Below, piece after piece: positions 1 through 10,342 of a DNA stretch of 64,000 nt; position 1 is the first letter of the stretch; each line of letters begins with the position of its first letter. Position numbers and translations under genes: made by a program. This stretch comes from Candidatus Latescibacterota bacterium (GTDB taxonomy: Bacteria; Latescibacterota; UBA2968; UBA8231), in contig OZ241867.1 in NCBI GenBank assembly GCA_965203175.1, positions 256,001 to 320,000 on the forward strand, in the 5' to 3' direction. The notes beneath the pieces are model-generated. The model did no database searches and was not told the DNA's origin. It saw nothing but the letters and a program-made list of their open reading frames with translations.

Positions 1-1874
1 TCCAATTCCTCTTGAAAAGCACTCACTTCCAGGTCTGCGCGAATCTGTTCGTTGACCCGCTCCTCGATTTCTCGCAACTGCTCAGGCTCTACCGCGGCGA
101 AATGCGAAAAGTCAAAGCGCAAGCGGTCCGGTGCGACCAGCGAACCCATCTGTCCTACGTGGTCGCCGAGCGTCCGCCGCAACGACTCATGCAATAAATG
201 GGTCGCCGTGTGGTTGCGCTCGGCGTCCATGCGAGCTTGGCGATCGACGCGGGCGACGACTGTACCGGTCAATGCTCCAGTCTCACCTTCCACTAAGCGA
301 CCTCTATGGACGATGCCGCCGCGCGCCTTCTGTACGTCTTCGACTTCGACGGCAAAACCGTTGCCCTCGATTCTCCCTCGGTCGCCGACCTGCCCCCCCG
401 CCTCAGCGTAGAAAGGGGTCGAGTCCAGCACGAGCCACACTCGGTCGTCTTCATCCTCGCCGGTAAGCACCACTTGAGCGTCTATTTCCAACTCGTCGTA
501 GCCGACGAAGAGCGAATGCCCTTCCTCCAGTATATCGCCGACGCCTTCGGTGGCGCTAAACTGGGCACGGGTGGCCTGACGCGCCCGCTGCCGCTGGGCT
601 TCAAGCGCGTGATCGAATTCCTCCCGTTCAACGAAGGGGATCCCCTGTTCACGAGCCATTAGCTCTGTCAGGTCCAGCGGAAAACCATAGGTGTCGTAGA
701 GCTGGAAGGCATCGCCACCTGTAATCTGTCCCTTAGCGGCGAACCGCGCGAAGATGTCCAAGCCGCGGTCGAGGGTCTTACCAAAACTCTCTTCCTCGGA
801 GTAGATGACTCCGGCAATGTGATCCTTCCTAGCAGCAACCTCCGGGAAGACGTGACCCATAGTTTCGCCCAACGTACCAACCAACTGATGAATGAAGGGA
901 TCGTGTTGATCGAGCTGGCGGGCGTAGCGCGCGGCGCGGCGCAGGATGCGGCGCAGGACGTACCCACGGCCCTCGTTGGAGGGCATTGCACCATCGGCCA
1001 TAGTGAAGCTGAGCGCGCGGACGTGGTCGGCGATAACCTGCATGGGAACGCGGTGTTCGCCGCCGTACTCTTTGCCCGTCAATTCGGCAATGCGGCCGAT
1101 AAGCGGCTGGAAGACATCAGTCTCGTAGTTGTTCTCGGCCCCTTGTAAAAGGCTGCACATCCGCTCAAAGCCCATGCCCGTATCCACGTGCTTCTCAGGC
1201 AGTGGTTGCAGCGCCCCGGTCTCGTCGCGGTTGTACTGGATAAAGACCAAGTTCCAGATTTCGACCAAATCGCCCGTATCGTCGATGAGCATACGGCTGT
1301 CCTGCGCGTCCAGATCGTCGCCCAAATAGTAATGGATCTCGGAGCAAGGGCCGCAGGGGCCGGTCGCGCCCATTTCCCAGAAGTTTTCCTTGGCCGGCAA
1401 GCGCACGACGCGGCCCGGCAGTAGGTCGGTACATTCATACCAGAACGCCTCTGCCTCCACGTCGGCTTCTACCGCGTCATCACCCACAAAGACAGTGGCC
1501 CAGAGCCGCTCCTTTTCCAAACCAAAGTGATCGGTAATCAACTCCCAGCCCCACTCAATGGCCTCTTTTTTGAAGTAATCGCCAAAGGACCAGTTGCCCA
1601 ACATCTCAAAGAAGGTGTGGTGCCAAGGGCTGTAGCCGACTTCGTCGAGGTCGTTGTGCTTGCCCGAGACCCGCATGACCTTCTGCGTATCAACCGCCCG
1701 GGTGTAGTCGCGCCGACCCAAGCCCAAGAAGACATCCTTGAACTGGTTCATGCCGGCGTTGGTAAAATAGAGGGTGGGGTCGTCTTGCGGCACGACCGGC
1801 GCGCTTGGTACGCGCACGTGGTTCTTACCTTCGAAAAAACGGAGGAACGCCTCCCTAATCTCCCTCGACTTCAT
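1..1874 (-). CDS. alaS: alanine--tRNA ligase (3' end runs off the window)
   Basis: Manual translation from ATG at 1874: MKSREIREAFLRFF...DDPTLYFTNAGMNQFK...HHTFFEMLGNWSFGDYFK...DTGMGFER...TPFYAEAGGQVGD...NHTATHLLH. It is absent from the ORF track because there is no stop in the window. Confidence 0.97.
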   Translation of the reverse strand, partial: MKSREIREAFLRFFEGKNHVRVPSAPVVPQDDPTLYFTNAGMNQFKDVFLGLGRRDYTRAVDTQKVMRVSGKHNDLDEVGYSPWHHTFFEMLGNWSFGDYFKKEAIEWGWELITDHFGLEKERLWATVFVGDDAVEADVEAEAFWYECTDLLPGRVVRLPAKENFWEMGATGPCGPCSEIHYYLGDDLDAQDSRMLIDDTGDLVEIWNLVFIQYNRDETGALQPLPEKHVDTGMGFERMCSLLQGAENNYETDVFQPLIGRIAELTGKEYGGEHRVPMQVIADHVRALSFTMADGAMPSNEGRGYVLRRILRRAARYARQLDQHDPFIHQLVGTLGETMGHVFPEVAARKDHIAGVIYSEEESFGKTLDRGLDIFARFAAKGQITGGDAFQLYDTYGFPLDLTELMAREQGIPFVEREEFDHALEAQRQRARQATRAQFSATEGVGDILEEGHSLFVGYDELEIDAQVVLTGEDEDDRVWLVLDSTPFYAEAGGQVGDRGRIEGNGFAVEVEDVQKARGGIVHRGRLVEGETGALTGTVVARVDRQARMDAERNHTATHLLHESLRRTLGDHVGQMGSLVAPDRLRFDFSHFAAVEPEQLREIEERVNEQIRADLEVSAFQEEL

Positions 1875-2343
1875 TGGCTAACTCCTGCCATACCTGTTCA
1901 ACCGCTGCTCTGGCCATTTCCTGATCACAACCGCGCCGGGCCAACAAGCCCAGCATCCGACGCTTGGCCTTGTCGGGAGCCAATCCCCGGTAGCGCCAAG
2001 CCTGCTTGCTCAATAGTTCGACCGCCCGTTCACTCGAATCGAGCACTCCGGCATACTCGGCGATGATCTCGTCAATTACACCTGTGGCCACGCCTTTGTG
2101 CCTGAGGTCTTGGGCTAGTTTACGCGCACCATTGGCCCGCTGCAACCGCGCCTCGATCCAGCGCCGGGCAAACTCGCGGTCGTCGAGGAGCTTCTGGCGC
2201 TGTAAGTCGTCGACAACCTCGGCGACAACCTCGGCGGCAAAGTCCTTCTCCTTTAGCTTGTCGCGCACCTCTGCTACGGATCGCGCCCGATAGCTGAGAT
2301 AGCGATAGGCGGCGTCCTTGGCCTTTTGCAGTTGGTCCTCCAC
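1855..2343 (-). CDS. recX: regulatory protein RecX
   Basis: AYRYLSYRARSVAEVRDKL...LLDDREFARRW motifs; directly downstream of recA. Confidence 0.93.
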   Translation of the reverse strand: MEDQLQKAKDAAYRYLSYRARSVAEVRDKLKEKDFAAEVVAEVVDDLQRQKLLDDREFARRWIEARLQRANGARKLAQDLRHKGVATGVIDEIIAEYAGVLDSSERAVELLSKQAWRYRGLAPDKAKRRMLGLLARRGCDQEMARAAVEQVWQELANEVEGD

Positions 2344-3408
2344 TTATTCCCCTGCTTGGCTGGCCTCGTCTTGCCCTACCACAGCCTCAAGCCCCAACTC
2401 GTCGCGCAGCTTGTGTTCGATTTCCGCGGCAATCTCTGGATGCTCGCGCAAAAATTCCTTGGCGTTGTCCCGGCCCTGTCCCAAGCGCTCGCCGTTGTAG
2501 GAAAACCACGCGCCGCTCTTTTCAACAAGCCCCTTGTCAACGCCGATATCGACTAAGTCCCCCTCCCAAGATATGCCGATTGAGTCGCCGTGAAAGATCA
2601 GGTCGAATTCGGCTTCGCGAAAGGGGGGTGCTACTTTGTTTTTCACGACCTTGACCCGAGTGCGATTGCCGATATCGAGGTCTCCGTCTTTGACGCGGGC
2701 GATGCGGCGTATGTCGATGCGCACCGAGGAATAGAAGGGCAGGGCGCGCCCGCCGGTGGTGGTCTCCGGGTTGCCGAACATCACGCCGATCTTCATGCGT
2801 AGTTGATTAAGAAAAATCAGACACGTTTTCGAGCGATTGATGGAGCCGGCCAACTTGCGCAGAGCCTGGGACATCAGCCGCGCGTGCAACCCCATGTGCG
2901 AATCGCCCATATCGCCCTCCAACTCGGCCTGCGGCACCAGCGCGGCCACCGAATCGACCACGATGATATCGAAGGCACCGCTGCGCACCAAGGTATCGAC
3001 GATCTCGAGAGCCTGTTCGCCCGAATCCGGCTGCGATATGATTAGGTTTTCTACATCGACGCCAATGCGCCGGGCGAAGCTGACGTCAAGGGCGTGTTCG
3101 GCGTCGATAAAAGCCGCAGTGCCGTTCTGCTTTTGCGACTCGCGGATGGCGTGCAGCGAGAGCATGGTCTTGCCCGCCCCCTCTGGACCGGATATTTCGA
3201 CGATCCGCCCCTTGGGCAAGCCGCCGATGCCCAGCGCTGCATCTACAGCCAGCGATCCAGTAGAAATCGCCTCCACCTCTTGCACCCCACCCTCGTCCCC
3301 GAGGCGCATAATCGACCCCTTGCCGTACTGCTTTTCAATCTGCGACATTGCCAGTTCCAGCGCTCTAGCCTTGTTGCCGTCGGCACTGTGTCCGTTCGCT
3401 TTCGCCAT
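2344..3408 (-). CDS. recA: recombinase RecA
   Basis: GPEGAGKT Walker [27 protein letters not shown]. Start reset to MAKANGH (ATG 3408, GGAG upstream). Confidence 0.99.
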   Translation of the reverse strand: MAKANGHSADGNKARALELAMSQIEKQYGKGSIMRLGDEGGVQEVEAISTGSLAVDAALGIGGLPKGRIVEISGPEGAGKTMLSLHAIRESQKQNGTAAFIDAEHALDVSFARRIGVDVENLIISQPDSGEQALEIVDTLVRSGAFDIIVVDSVAALVPQAELEGDMGDSHMGLHARLMSQALRKLAGSINRSKTCLIFLNQLRMKIGVMFGNPETTTGGRALPFYSSVRIDIRRIARVKDGDLDIGNRTRVKVVKNKVAPPFREAEFDLIFHGDSIGISWEGDLVDIGVDKGLVEKSGAWFSYNGERLGQGRDNAKEFLREHPEIAAEIEHKLRDELGLEAVVGQDEASQAGE

Positions 3409-3440
3409 GAAAATCTCCCCAAGTAAAGTGTGGTATCGGT

Positions 3441-3890
3441 CTAGCTCGCCCACTCGACCAAATAGGACGACGAGCGAATGACCACGTTGCTGTACAGGCC
3501 GGCGATCACGTCGTCGGCCACAATGCCCCATCCTCCGGGCAGGGCTTCTAGCTGCCGCGCTGGAGGCGGCTTGACAATATCGAAGGCGCGGAAGACGAAG
3601 AAACCCGCGATAACCGTCCCAGCGCTTGCGGGCAAAAATGCCACTGCAAAGAGAAAGCCCACTCCCTCGTCAACGACGACCTGTCCGGGGTCCTCGCCCC
3701 ATTCCGGGGCCGCCCGCCCCGCGCTGTACACCCCAATGGTCGAGGCGACCAAGAGCACACCGAGCCATTCCAGCATCCCCAACGGAGGGAAAAACAACCA
3801 GTATAACAGGGCGACGAACGCGGTACCAGCCGTACCGGGTGCCCATGGGGCATAACCAACAAAAAAGAGCGTAGCGATCAGTCGATTCAG
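3441..3890 (-). CDS. pgpA: phosphatidylglycerophosphatase A
   Basis: [38 protein letters not shown]. The open frame extends upstream of the track ORF to a possible CTG start at 3890 (start uncertain). Confidence 0.9.
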   Translation of the reverse strand: MNRLIATLFFVGYAPWAPGTAGTAFVALLYWLFFPPLGMLEWLGVLLVASTIGVYSAGRAAPEWGEDPGQVVVDEGVGFLFAVAFLPASAGTVIAGFFVFRAFDIVKPPPARQLEALPGGWGIVADDVIAGLYSNVVIRSSSYLVEWAS

Positions 3891-3916
3891 AAGAAACGCG
3901 TTCCTCTACGCCGCGC

Positions 3917-4519
3917 TCAGGGTTCCTTGTAGGAAGAGGTCGCGCGGAACAGGTAGTGAAAACCCGACAGCAGCGTCAGCAACAGCACCCCCGCCAACAG
4001 TGCATTGGCCAAAAGCTGGATTAGCTGGTCGTCGAGAAAGAAGAGATGACCCGCGGCAAAGCGCCCCATCGCCTCCTCGAGGCCAATGACAAAAAGTATG
4101 AAGATAACCGTGAAAAGCTGGACCGCGGTCTTCCACTTGGCCAAGCGCGAAGTGACCATGGGGCGGCCCCGGTATATCCCGTAGAGGCGCATGCCCGTGA
4201 TCAGGATGTCGCGCCCGACGATGGGCAACACCAGCCAAAAATTGACCATTCTGTTCAACGCTAGGGCAACGAGTGCCGACGTTACCAAAATCTTGTCAGC
4301 CAACGGGTCCAAGAAGCGTCCCAGCGGCGTTACTTGGTTGCCGGCGCGCGCTAGTTTGCCATCGTAGAAATCGGTCAGCGAGGCCGCGCTGAAGACGACG
4401 AAGGCAAGGCTTTTCAAATACCAAGTATCGGTGAACAGCAGCAGCAAAAACAGCGGCGTCAAACCGATCCTGAGCGCGGTCAGTCCATTGGGCAAGTTAA
4501 AAATATCGCGCCGGTCCAT
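3917..4519 (-). CDS. pgsA: CDP-diacylglycerol--glycerol-3-phosphate 3-phosphatidyltransferase
   Basis: NLPNGLTALR, TDFYDGKLAR...GRFLDPLADK (CDP-alcohol phosphotransferase motif); start MDRRDIF. Confidence 0.93.
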   Translation of the reverse strand: MDRRDIFNLPNGLTALRIGLTPLFLLLLFTDTWYLKSLAFVVFSAASLTDFYDGKLARAGNQVTPLGRFLDPLADKILVTSALVALALNRMVNFWLVLPIVGRDILITGMRLYGIYRGRPMVTSRLAKWKTAVQLFTVIFILFVIGLEEAMGRFAAGHLFFLDDQLIQLLANALLAGVLLLTLLSGFHYLFRATSSYKEP

Positions 4520-4526
4520 GATTACC

Positions 4527-5123
4527 TCACAGCGAAGACCGGCCGGCAAAGGCGAGGGAGAGAGTGACGCTGTCGGCCAAGTCCAAATCCGCACCCACCG
4601 GCAGGCCGCGCGCCAGCCTCGACACCTTGGTCCGCGGCATGAGTTGCTGAGCAATGAAGTGAGCGGTGGCATCGCCCTCGGCGTTGGCGTTGAGCGCGAG
4701 CATTACCTCCTGTACGCCCTGCTGGCGCACGCGCTCGACCAAGGAGTCGATGTGCAAATCTTCGGGCAGCACTCCGTCCTGGGGAGAGAGCACCCCGCCG
4801 AGCACGTGATACGCCCCGGAGTAAAACTGACTCATCTCAAAGGCCAACACATCGCTGGCTTCGGCCACCACGCAGATGAACTGCTGGTCGCGCCGGGTGT
4901 CTCGACAGACTTCGCATAGGGGCTCGCCCTTTTGGGTGAAATTGTAGCAGGTGGCGCAGTGTTCGATCTGGTCTTTGGCGGCAATGAGCGCCTTGGCGAG
5001 CAGCTCGGCTTCCTCGCGCGGCCTCTTGACCACATAGAGCGCCAAGCGCTGCGCTGTCTTGCGGCCGATACCGGGCAGCTTGGCAAATGCGACGATCAAG
5101 TCTTCGAGGGCCAGAGGTTCCAT
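4527..5123 (-). CDS. recR: recombination mediator RecR
   Basis: LPGIGRKTAQRLA HhH, C4 zinc finger, YHVLGGVLSP, Toprim EGDATA, LARGLPVG. Confidence 0.97.
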   Translation of the reverse strand: MEPLALEDLIVAFAKLPGIGRKTAQRLALYVVKRPREEAELLAKALIAAKDQIEHCATCYNFTQKGEPLCEVCRDTRRDQQFICVVAEASDVLAFEMSQFYSGAYHVLGGVLSPQDGVLPEDLHIDSLVERVRQQGVQEVMLALNANAEGDATAHFIAQQLMPRTKVSRLARGLPVGADLDLADSVTLSLAFAGRSSL

Positions 5124-5131
5124 GGGATCTC

Positions 5132-6790
5132 TCAGACTAACTCGCCGTCAAAAGTGTCGAGCACCGAACGGAGAGTGGGGTCGGACTCGGGTTGGCTCGT
5201 CGCCTGCGGGGTCGGCTGATCTCCTTTCTCTGCGACGGCCTCCAAGCGCAGCCGCCGCCCGTATTTCGCTTCAGCTATCTCCTCTACGCTTTCTCGGTTG
5301 TTGAGCACCTGGTTCATGGCAAAGCGGTCGGCCTCACCAAAGCCCAGCTTGAGTACGTGGCCTTCGAGGCCAACTAAAGTTGCCCCATTGAGAAAATGGG
5401 CCAGCGACGGCTTGATAGCGCGCACGGCATTGACTAGCTCGTTCCAAGTAGTGCGCACTTGATCAATGCTCAGGCTAGTAGCGGCATTACTTGACCCAGC
5501 CGAGGCGGCGACTTGCTGCTGGGCCGGGAGCGGAGGCGCGGGCGATTCATCGAGATTATTTGGGGGTGGGGGCGCGACTTGTTCACTCCGGTCGCTTGGA
5601 GGCGGGGCCGGTTCGCTCCGACCACTGCTCAGCGGCGGCGCGACCGGGCGCGGTGCGGCACCTTCGAGCGACTGCAAGCGGCGAAGCAGCTCGCCCACAT
5701 CGACAGATCGGCCCATCAGCGCCAGATGTACCAAGGCGATTTCCACGCGAAAACGCGGCTGTACCGAGCGCTTTATATCCGCTTCTAAATCCAAGAGCGA
5801 CTGCATCATGCGGAGCAAATCCTCGACCTCCATAGCGGCTGCAAGCTCGCCACAGCGCTGGCGGGCGTCCTCGACCATATCCAACTCGTCGGTCCCGCCC
5901 TGTATCTTGGCAAAAAGCAGGTGGCGCAAAAGTTCAACTAGGCCATAGACGAACTCCTCAATATCGACCCCTTCGTCAACCGCTCGGGCGACGATATCCA
6001 GCACCTGAGCGGGTGCCGCTTCGCGCATGGCGTCGAGCAATTCAAAGTAGAGTCCTCGATCAACGAGACCCAACACCTGCACCACGGCTTGCTGCGACAC
6101 CTCTGTACCCAATGAAACCACCTGATCGAGCAGGCTCTCGGCGTCGCGCAAGGCACCGTCCGCACGGCTAGCCAACAGATGGAGCGCTCCCTCCTCGACC
6201 GCGATGCCTTCGGCTTGGGCAATCATGCCGAGATGAGCGGCGATCTGCCCGGCGGAGATGCGGCGAAAATTGAAGCGCTGACAGCGCGAGAGAATGGTGT
6301 CGGGAACCGACTGCACCTCCGTGGTGGCGAAGATGAAAACCACGTGCTCCGGCGGCTCCTCCAGCGTCTTCAACAGCGCATTGAATGCCGAGGTCGAGAG
6401 CATGTGGACTTCGTCGATGATGTAGATCTTATAGACGCCTTCAGTCGCGGCGTAGCGCACGACTTCGCGCAACTCGCGGATGTCATCGACGCTGTTGTTG
6501 GAGGCCCCGTCGATCTCCAGCACGTTCATGCTGGTGGAGGTAGCGATGCTCTTGCAGGAATCGCACGCCTCGCAGGGATTGCCCTCGCGGGGGGCGGCGC
6601 AGTTGAGAACCTTGGCGAGAATCCGCGCTGTCGTGGTCTTGCCCACGCCGCGGGGGCCGCAAAACAGGTAGCACTGCGCAATGCGTCCGGAATGGACGGC
6701 ATTCTTTAAGGTCGCAGTGATGTGCTCCTGCCCAACTACTTCGTCGAATTGGCGAGGACGCCACTTGCGCGCTGTTACCTGATAGGCCAT
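5132..6790 (-). CDS. dnaX: DNA polymerase III subunit gamma/tau
   Basis: ARKWRP, GPRGVGKTT, zinc-binding cysteines, IIDEVHML, LSRC; Pro-rich linker. Confidence 0.97.
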   Translation of the reverse strand: MAYQVTARKWRPRQFDEVVGQEHITATLKNAVHSGRIAQCYLFCGPRGVGKTTTARILAKVLNCAAPREGNPCEACDSCKSIATSTSMNVLEIDGASNNSVDDIRELREVVRYAATEGVYKIYIIDEVHMLSTSAFNALLKTLEEPPEHVVFIFATTEVQSVPDTILSRCQRFNFRRISAGQIAAHLGMIAQAEGIAVEEGALHLLASRADGALRDAESLLDQVVSLGTEVSQQAVVQVLGLVDRGLYFELLDAMREAAPAQVLDIVARAVDEGVDIEEFVYGLVELLRHLLFAKIQGGTDELDMVEDARQRCGELAAAMEVEDLLRMMQSLLDLEADIKRSVQPRFRVEIALVHLALMGRSVDVGELLRRLQSLEGAAPRPVAPPLSSGRSEPAPPPSDRSEQVAPPPPNNLDESPAPPLPAQQQVAASAGSSNAATSLSIDQVRTTWNELVNAVRAIKPSLAHFLNGATLVGLEGHVLKLGFGEADRFAMNQVLNNRESVEEIAEAKYGRRLRLEAVAEKGDQPTPQATSQPESDPTLRSVLDTFDGELV

Positions 6791-6839
6791 TTGCGTTGCT
6801 CGACACAGCCAAGCTGAAGGGATTAAACAAAAAATTAAA

Positions 6840-7112
6840 AGGCCGTGCACCCATCTTCGACCCCGCCCTCAGGTCTGCCCAGTGCCAGTTAGCTCCAACC
6901 GGACAGCTCTGCGGCACATCAAGAAACATTCCTACCGCTGCTACCTTCCGGTCCTGACGGGGTTCAGAAGCTCTTGATTGCGCAGAATCCGGTTTTCAGC
7001 GCCACTTTGCTCCGGTCGAACAAGAGGTGCGAAGACCTCTGGATGGGAATTCAATCCCGCTATAGCGGATTGCGGGTACAGGGCACCGCTATCTCCCCAT
7101 CTAGCACGACCT
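6840..7112 (-). ncRNA. ffs: signal recognition particle RNA, large (Alu-domain) bacterial type
   Basis: The minus strand contains the helix-8 motif CCGTCAGGACCGGAAGGTAGCAGCGG. 5' GGTCGTGC pairs with 3' GCACGGCC. ~270 nt with an Alu-like 5' part, lying just upstream of dnaX. Confidence 0.92.
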
Positions 7113-7148
7113 AAAATTCTGCATTTCACAGCGGGTATCCGGAAAATA

Positions 7149-7224
7149 TGGTGGAGCAGATGGGGATCGAACCCACGACCTCCAGATTGCGAACCTGGCG
7201 CTCTCCCAGCTGAGCTACTGCCCC
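7149..7224 (-). tRNA. tRNA-Ala(CGC)
   Basis: GGGGCAGTAGCTCAG...CCAGG-TT-CGC-AA-TCTGG...GTTCGATCC...CCA; G3:U70 pair present. Confidence 0.96.
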
Positions 7225-7238
7225 ATCCGGATCAATTA

Positions 7239-7329
7239 TGGCGGAGAGAGTGGGATTCGAACCCACGGTAGGGGGTTACCCTACACACGATTTCCAGTCG
7301 TGCACCTTCGGCCACTCGGTCATCTCTCC
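7239..7329 (-). tRNA. tRNA-Ser(GGA)
   Basis: GGAGAGATG...CACGA-CT-GGA-AA-TCGTG, long variable arm, GCCA end. Confidence 0.96.
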
Positions 7330-7348
7330 GCAAAAGCATTTTATAATA

Positions 7349-7438
<90 letters not shown>

Positions 7439-7443
7439 CCAAT

Positions 7444-7929
7444 CTACTTGACCGCTCGCAGGGCCATAAAAAAACCCTTGAGCAGCTCGGCACATTCTTG
7501 CTCTAGCACTCCGCCGCGGACCTGACAGCGATGATTGAGCCGAGGATCCTCTGCAACATTGCGCAATGAGCCGCAAGCACCGGCTTTGGGATCAGCGGCC
7601 CCAAAGACCAGCCGCGGCACTCGGGCCAAGACCGCAGCTCCAGCGCACATGGCGCAAGGTTCCAAAGTGACGTAGAGCGTCGTTGCCAACAGGCGCCGCG
7701 TCCCCAGTGCCGCTGCGGCTTGGCGCAAGGCCAGCATCTCCGCGTGGGCCGTGGGATCCTGCGCCGCTTCAATGGCGTTGCCAGCCCGACCCAAAACCCG
7801 CCCGGCTCCGACGACCACAGCACCGACGGGCACCTCGCCGCGACGGCCAGCGCGCTCAGCCTCACGCAGGGCTTCGCGCATCCAACGACTGTCTTCGGCG
7901 AATGAGCTAACTTCTTCCGTAGATTCCAT
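7444..7929 (-). CDS. tadA: tRNA adenosine(34) deaminase
   Basis: EVPVGAV, AHAE, TLEPCAMCAGA zinc motif. Confidence 0.95.
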   Translation of the reverse strand: MESTEEVSSFAEDSRWMREALREAERAGRRGEVPVGAVVVGAGRVLGRAGNAIEAAQDPTAHAEMLALRQAAAALGTRRLLATTLYVTLEPCAMCAGAAVLARVPRLVFGAADPKAGACGSLRNVAEDPRLNHRCQVRGGVLEQECAELLKGFFMALRAVK

Positions 7930-8008
7930 TTGAGGCCGTTTTTAAGGGGCCTCCCAAGCGGTGTAAATATAACGGCTGCCCAAAACAAGAGCAAGGCTTA
8001 GTGGGGCT

Positions 8009-8434
8009 TCAAAAGCGTTTGCGATAATGGTCGCGAGGAAACAAAGAAGGGGCACGACGCTGCCAGTAACTTTCCTCGTCGGACGCGATCTTGCGGTCGA
8101 GCGGATCATGCCCCAAAAGGCGCATGCCAAGCCCAATCAGCGCAAAAAGTGTGTAGAAAACTAGTCCCAAGAGTAGGTGGATATTGACAAAAGCCACGAT
8201 TCTCGCCAGCCACATGTAGGGAAAGTAGATCGGCTTCAACGCGACGGGCAGCGCCAAGCCGACCCCCAGAAACACCAGCGAGGCCGCGTGTACGAGCTGG
8301 GCAATGCCGACCGCTTCCACGTACCACAGATAGCCGCCTAGCAAGGCCAACAATGCCGCCAGCACGATTCCGAATCGGCGCAAATCGCCGCGCGTGGGAA
8401 CCGCAACCCCCCAGTAGCTCTTGACCTCAGTCAA
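8009..8434 (-). CDS. SxtJ-family membrane protein
   Basis: LRRFG, two hydrophobic segments, WxxLA...LGHDPL...SYW pattern; coupled to the carbamoyltransferase gene. Confidence 0.75.
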   Translation of the reverse strand: MTEVKSYWGVAVPTRGDLRRFGIVLAALLALLGGYLWYVEAVGIAQLVHAASLVFLGVGLALPVALKPIYFPYMWLARIVAFVNIHLLLGLVFYTLFALIGLGMRLLGHDPLDRKIASDEESYWQRRAPSLFPRDHYRKRF

Positions 8435-10250
8435 GCTCGAACTCCTCTTGCCAATCCAGCTCTTCCTGCCACTGCGGCTGGTCTTTCTTGTCCAAGATAT
8501 AAGAGCCTATGACCAAAAAATCCATCTCGGTCCGCATGAAGCAGCGATAGGCATCTTCTGGGCTTTGGACGATGGGCTCGCCGCGCACGTTGAAGGACGT
8601 GTTGACCACCACTGGATATCCGGTCAGGCTTTGAAAGGCGCGAATCGCGTCGTAGTAGCGCGGGTGATCTTGCCGGCGCAGCGTCTGCACCCGCGCCGAG
8701 TAGTCCACGTGGGTGACGGCCGGCATATCCGAGCGCGGCACGTTTAGCTTGTCGATGCCGAACAGTCGCTGCTGGTCCTCGCTCATGGGGATCTGCCGTT
8801 CCGCTTTAACTGGGGCCACTTGCAGCATGTAGGGCGAGTCGGCATCCAGCTCAAAGAACTCGTGTACGCATTCGCGTAAGACTGTCGGGGCAAAGGGGCG
8901 GAAGCTCTCGCGGAACTTGATCTTGAGGTTCATCACCGACTGCATTTGGGTGGAGCGCGGGTCGCCGAGAATCGACCGGGCGCCGAGCGCACGCGGCCCA
9001 AATTCCATCCGCCCCTGAAAAAAGCCGACCACCTTGCCCGCAGCCAACAGCTCGGCCACGCGCACCGGCAACTCGTCCTCGGCGAGTTTGTGCGCCACCC
9101 CCGCCTGCTGCTCAATGCACTGATAGATTTCTTCATCCCCGTACTCAGGCCCTAACAGCGCCCCCTGCATCGCGTCGTTTTCGCCGTCTGCCACCCGCTC
9201 GTGGCCCAAGTGGTTATACCACAGCGCCAGCGCGACGCCCAAGGCCCCGCCGGCATCGCCCGCCGCCGGCTGGATCCAGATGTTTTCAAAGGGCCCCTCG
9301 CGCAAGATGCGGCCGTTGCCGACGCAGTTGAGGGCCACGCCACCGGCCATGCACAAGTTTTTGAGTTTGGTTTCTCGATGCACCGTGCGGGCAATGCGCA
9401 ACATGACTTCCTCGGTGACGACCTGACAGGAGCGCGCAATATCCATCTCGCGCTGGGTTAGCGGTGTCTCTGGCCGCCGGGGCGGTCCCCCGAAGAGCTT
9501 GTCCATGGCCCGACTGGTCATCGTCAGGCCGGATAGGTAGTTGAAATATCGAGTGTTGAGCTTGAAAGAACCGTCGTCCTTCAGGTCGATGATCTCGTTG
9601 AGCATTAGATCGACGTATTTCGGCTCGCCATAAGGGGCCAGCCCCATCAGCTTGTACTCGCCGGAGTTGACCTTGAAGCCCGTAAAGTAGGTAAAGGCCG
9701 AATAGAACAAACCCAGCGAGTGGGGAAACTTGATGTCGGCCAGCGTGTGAATTTCAGCATCTCGGCCGTAGCCATAGCTGGTAGTGGTCCACTCGCCGAC
9801 CCCGTCCAAGGTCGCGATCGCCGCTTCTCGATACGGCGACGGATAGAAGGCCGACGCAGCGTGCGACTCGTGGTGGTCGCTGAACAGCACAGGTACATCG
9901 CAGCCTAGCTGCTCTTGGATTAACTGCGGGATCCACAGTTTTTTCTCCAGCCATACCCGCATGCTCTTCCAGTAGAGGCGGAGGCCCAACGGCGCCGTGC
10001 CGAGATGCGTCTCTAGCAGGCGTTCAAAGGTCAGCAGGGGTTTGTCGTAAAACCCCACGCAGTACAGGTCTTTGGCCTCGATACCGCCTTCCCGCAGACA
10101 GTATTCGACGGCGCGAGCGGGAAAATCTGGATCGTGTTTAACGCGCGAAAATCGCTCCTCCTGCGCCGCGGCGACGATCTGGCCGTCGCGCACCAAACAG
10201 GCCGCGCTATCGTGGTAGAACGCGGAAATGCCGAGGATGTAAGTGGCCAT
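8427..10250 (-). CDS. O-carbamoyltransferase (CmcH/NodU/SxtI family)
   Basis: YHDSAA, EERFSR, HHESHAASAF, DGVGE, AGGVALNC, GRMEFGPRALGARS, FRPFAP, NTSFN. Confidence 0.93.
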   Translation of the reverse strand: MATYILGISAFYHDSAACLVRDGQIVAAAQEERFSRVKHDPDFPARAVEYCLREGGIEAKDLYCVGFYDKPLLTFERLLETHLGTAPLGLRLYWKSMRVWLEKKLWIPQLIQEQLGCDVPVLFSDHHESHAASAFYPSPYREAAIATLDGVGEWTTTSYGYGRDAEIHTLADIKFPHSLGLFYSAFTYFTGFKVNSGEYKLMGLAPYGEPKYVDLMLNEIIDLKDDGSFKLNTRYFNYLSGLTMTSRAMDKLFGGPPRRPETPLTQREMDIARSCQVVTEEVMLRIARTVHRETKLKNLCMAGGVALNCVGNGRILREGPFENIWIQPAAGDAGGALGVALALWYNHLGHERVADGENDAMQGALLGPEYGDEEIYQCIEQQAGVAHKLAEDELPVRVAELLAAGKVVGFFQGRMEFGPRALGARSILGDPRSTQMQSVMNLKIKFRESFRPFAPTVLRECVHEFFELDADSPYMLQVAPVKAERQIPMSEDQQRLFGIDKLNVPRSDMPAVTHVDYSARVQTLRRQDHPRYYDAIRAFQSLTGYPVVVNTSFNVRGEPIVQSPEDAYRCFMRTEMDFLVIGSYILDKKDQPQWQEELDWQEEFELD

Positions 10251-10257
10251 AAGAAGC

Positions 10258-10286
10258 TTGACAAAATGGGGTGTAACAGCGATACT
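10258..10286 (+). promoter_or_regulatory. sigma70-type promoter for lysA
   Basis: TTGACA-N17-GATACT in the divergent intergenic region. A weaker opposite-strand TTGATA-N17-TAGGTT could drive the carbamoyltransferase. Confidence 0.55.
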
Positions 10287-10342
10287 AAAAAGTTTTCATA
10301 ACCTACGGATTCTATTGAAAAATATCAAGTTAGGGTCATTCG

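Noticed and set aside
1-1874. Apparent absence or fragmentation of a gene in the ORF track
   Set aside because: Manual translation shows a continuous alaS frame running off the window edge, so it is not a pseudogene.
5520-5660. Imperfect Pro-rich repeats in dnaX and a possible programmed frameshift
   Set aside because: An ordinary low-complexity linker; no A AAA AAG or long A-run slippery site seen.
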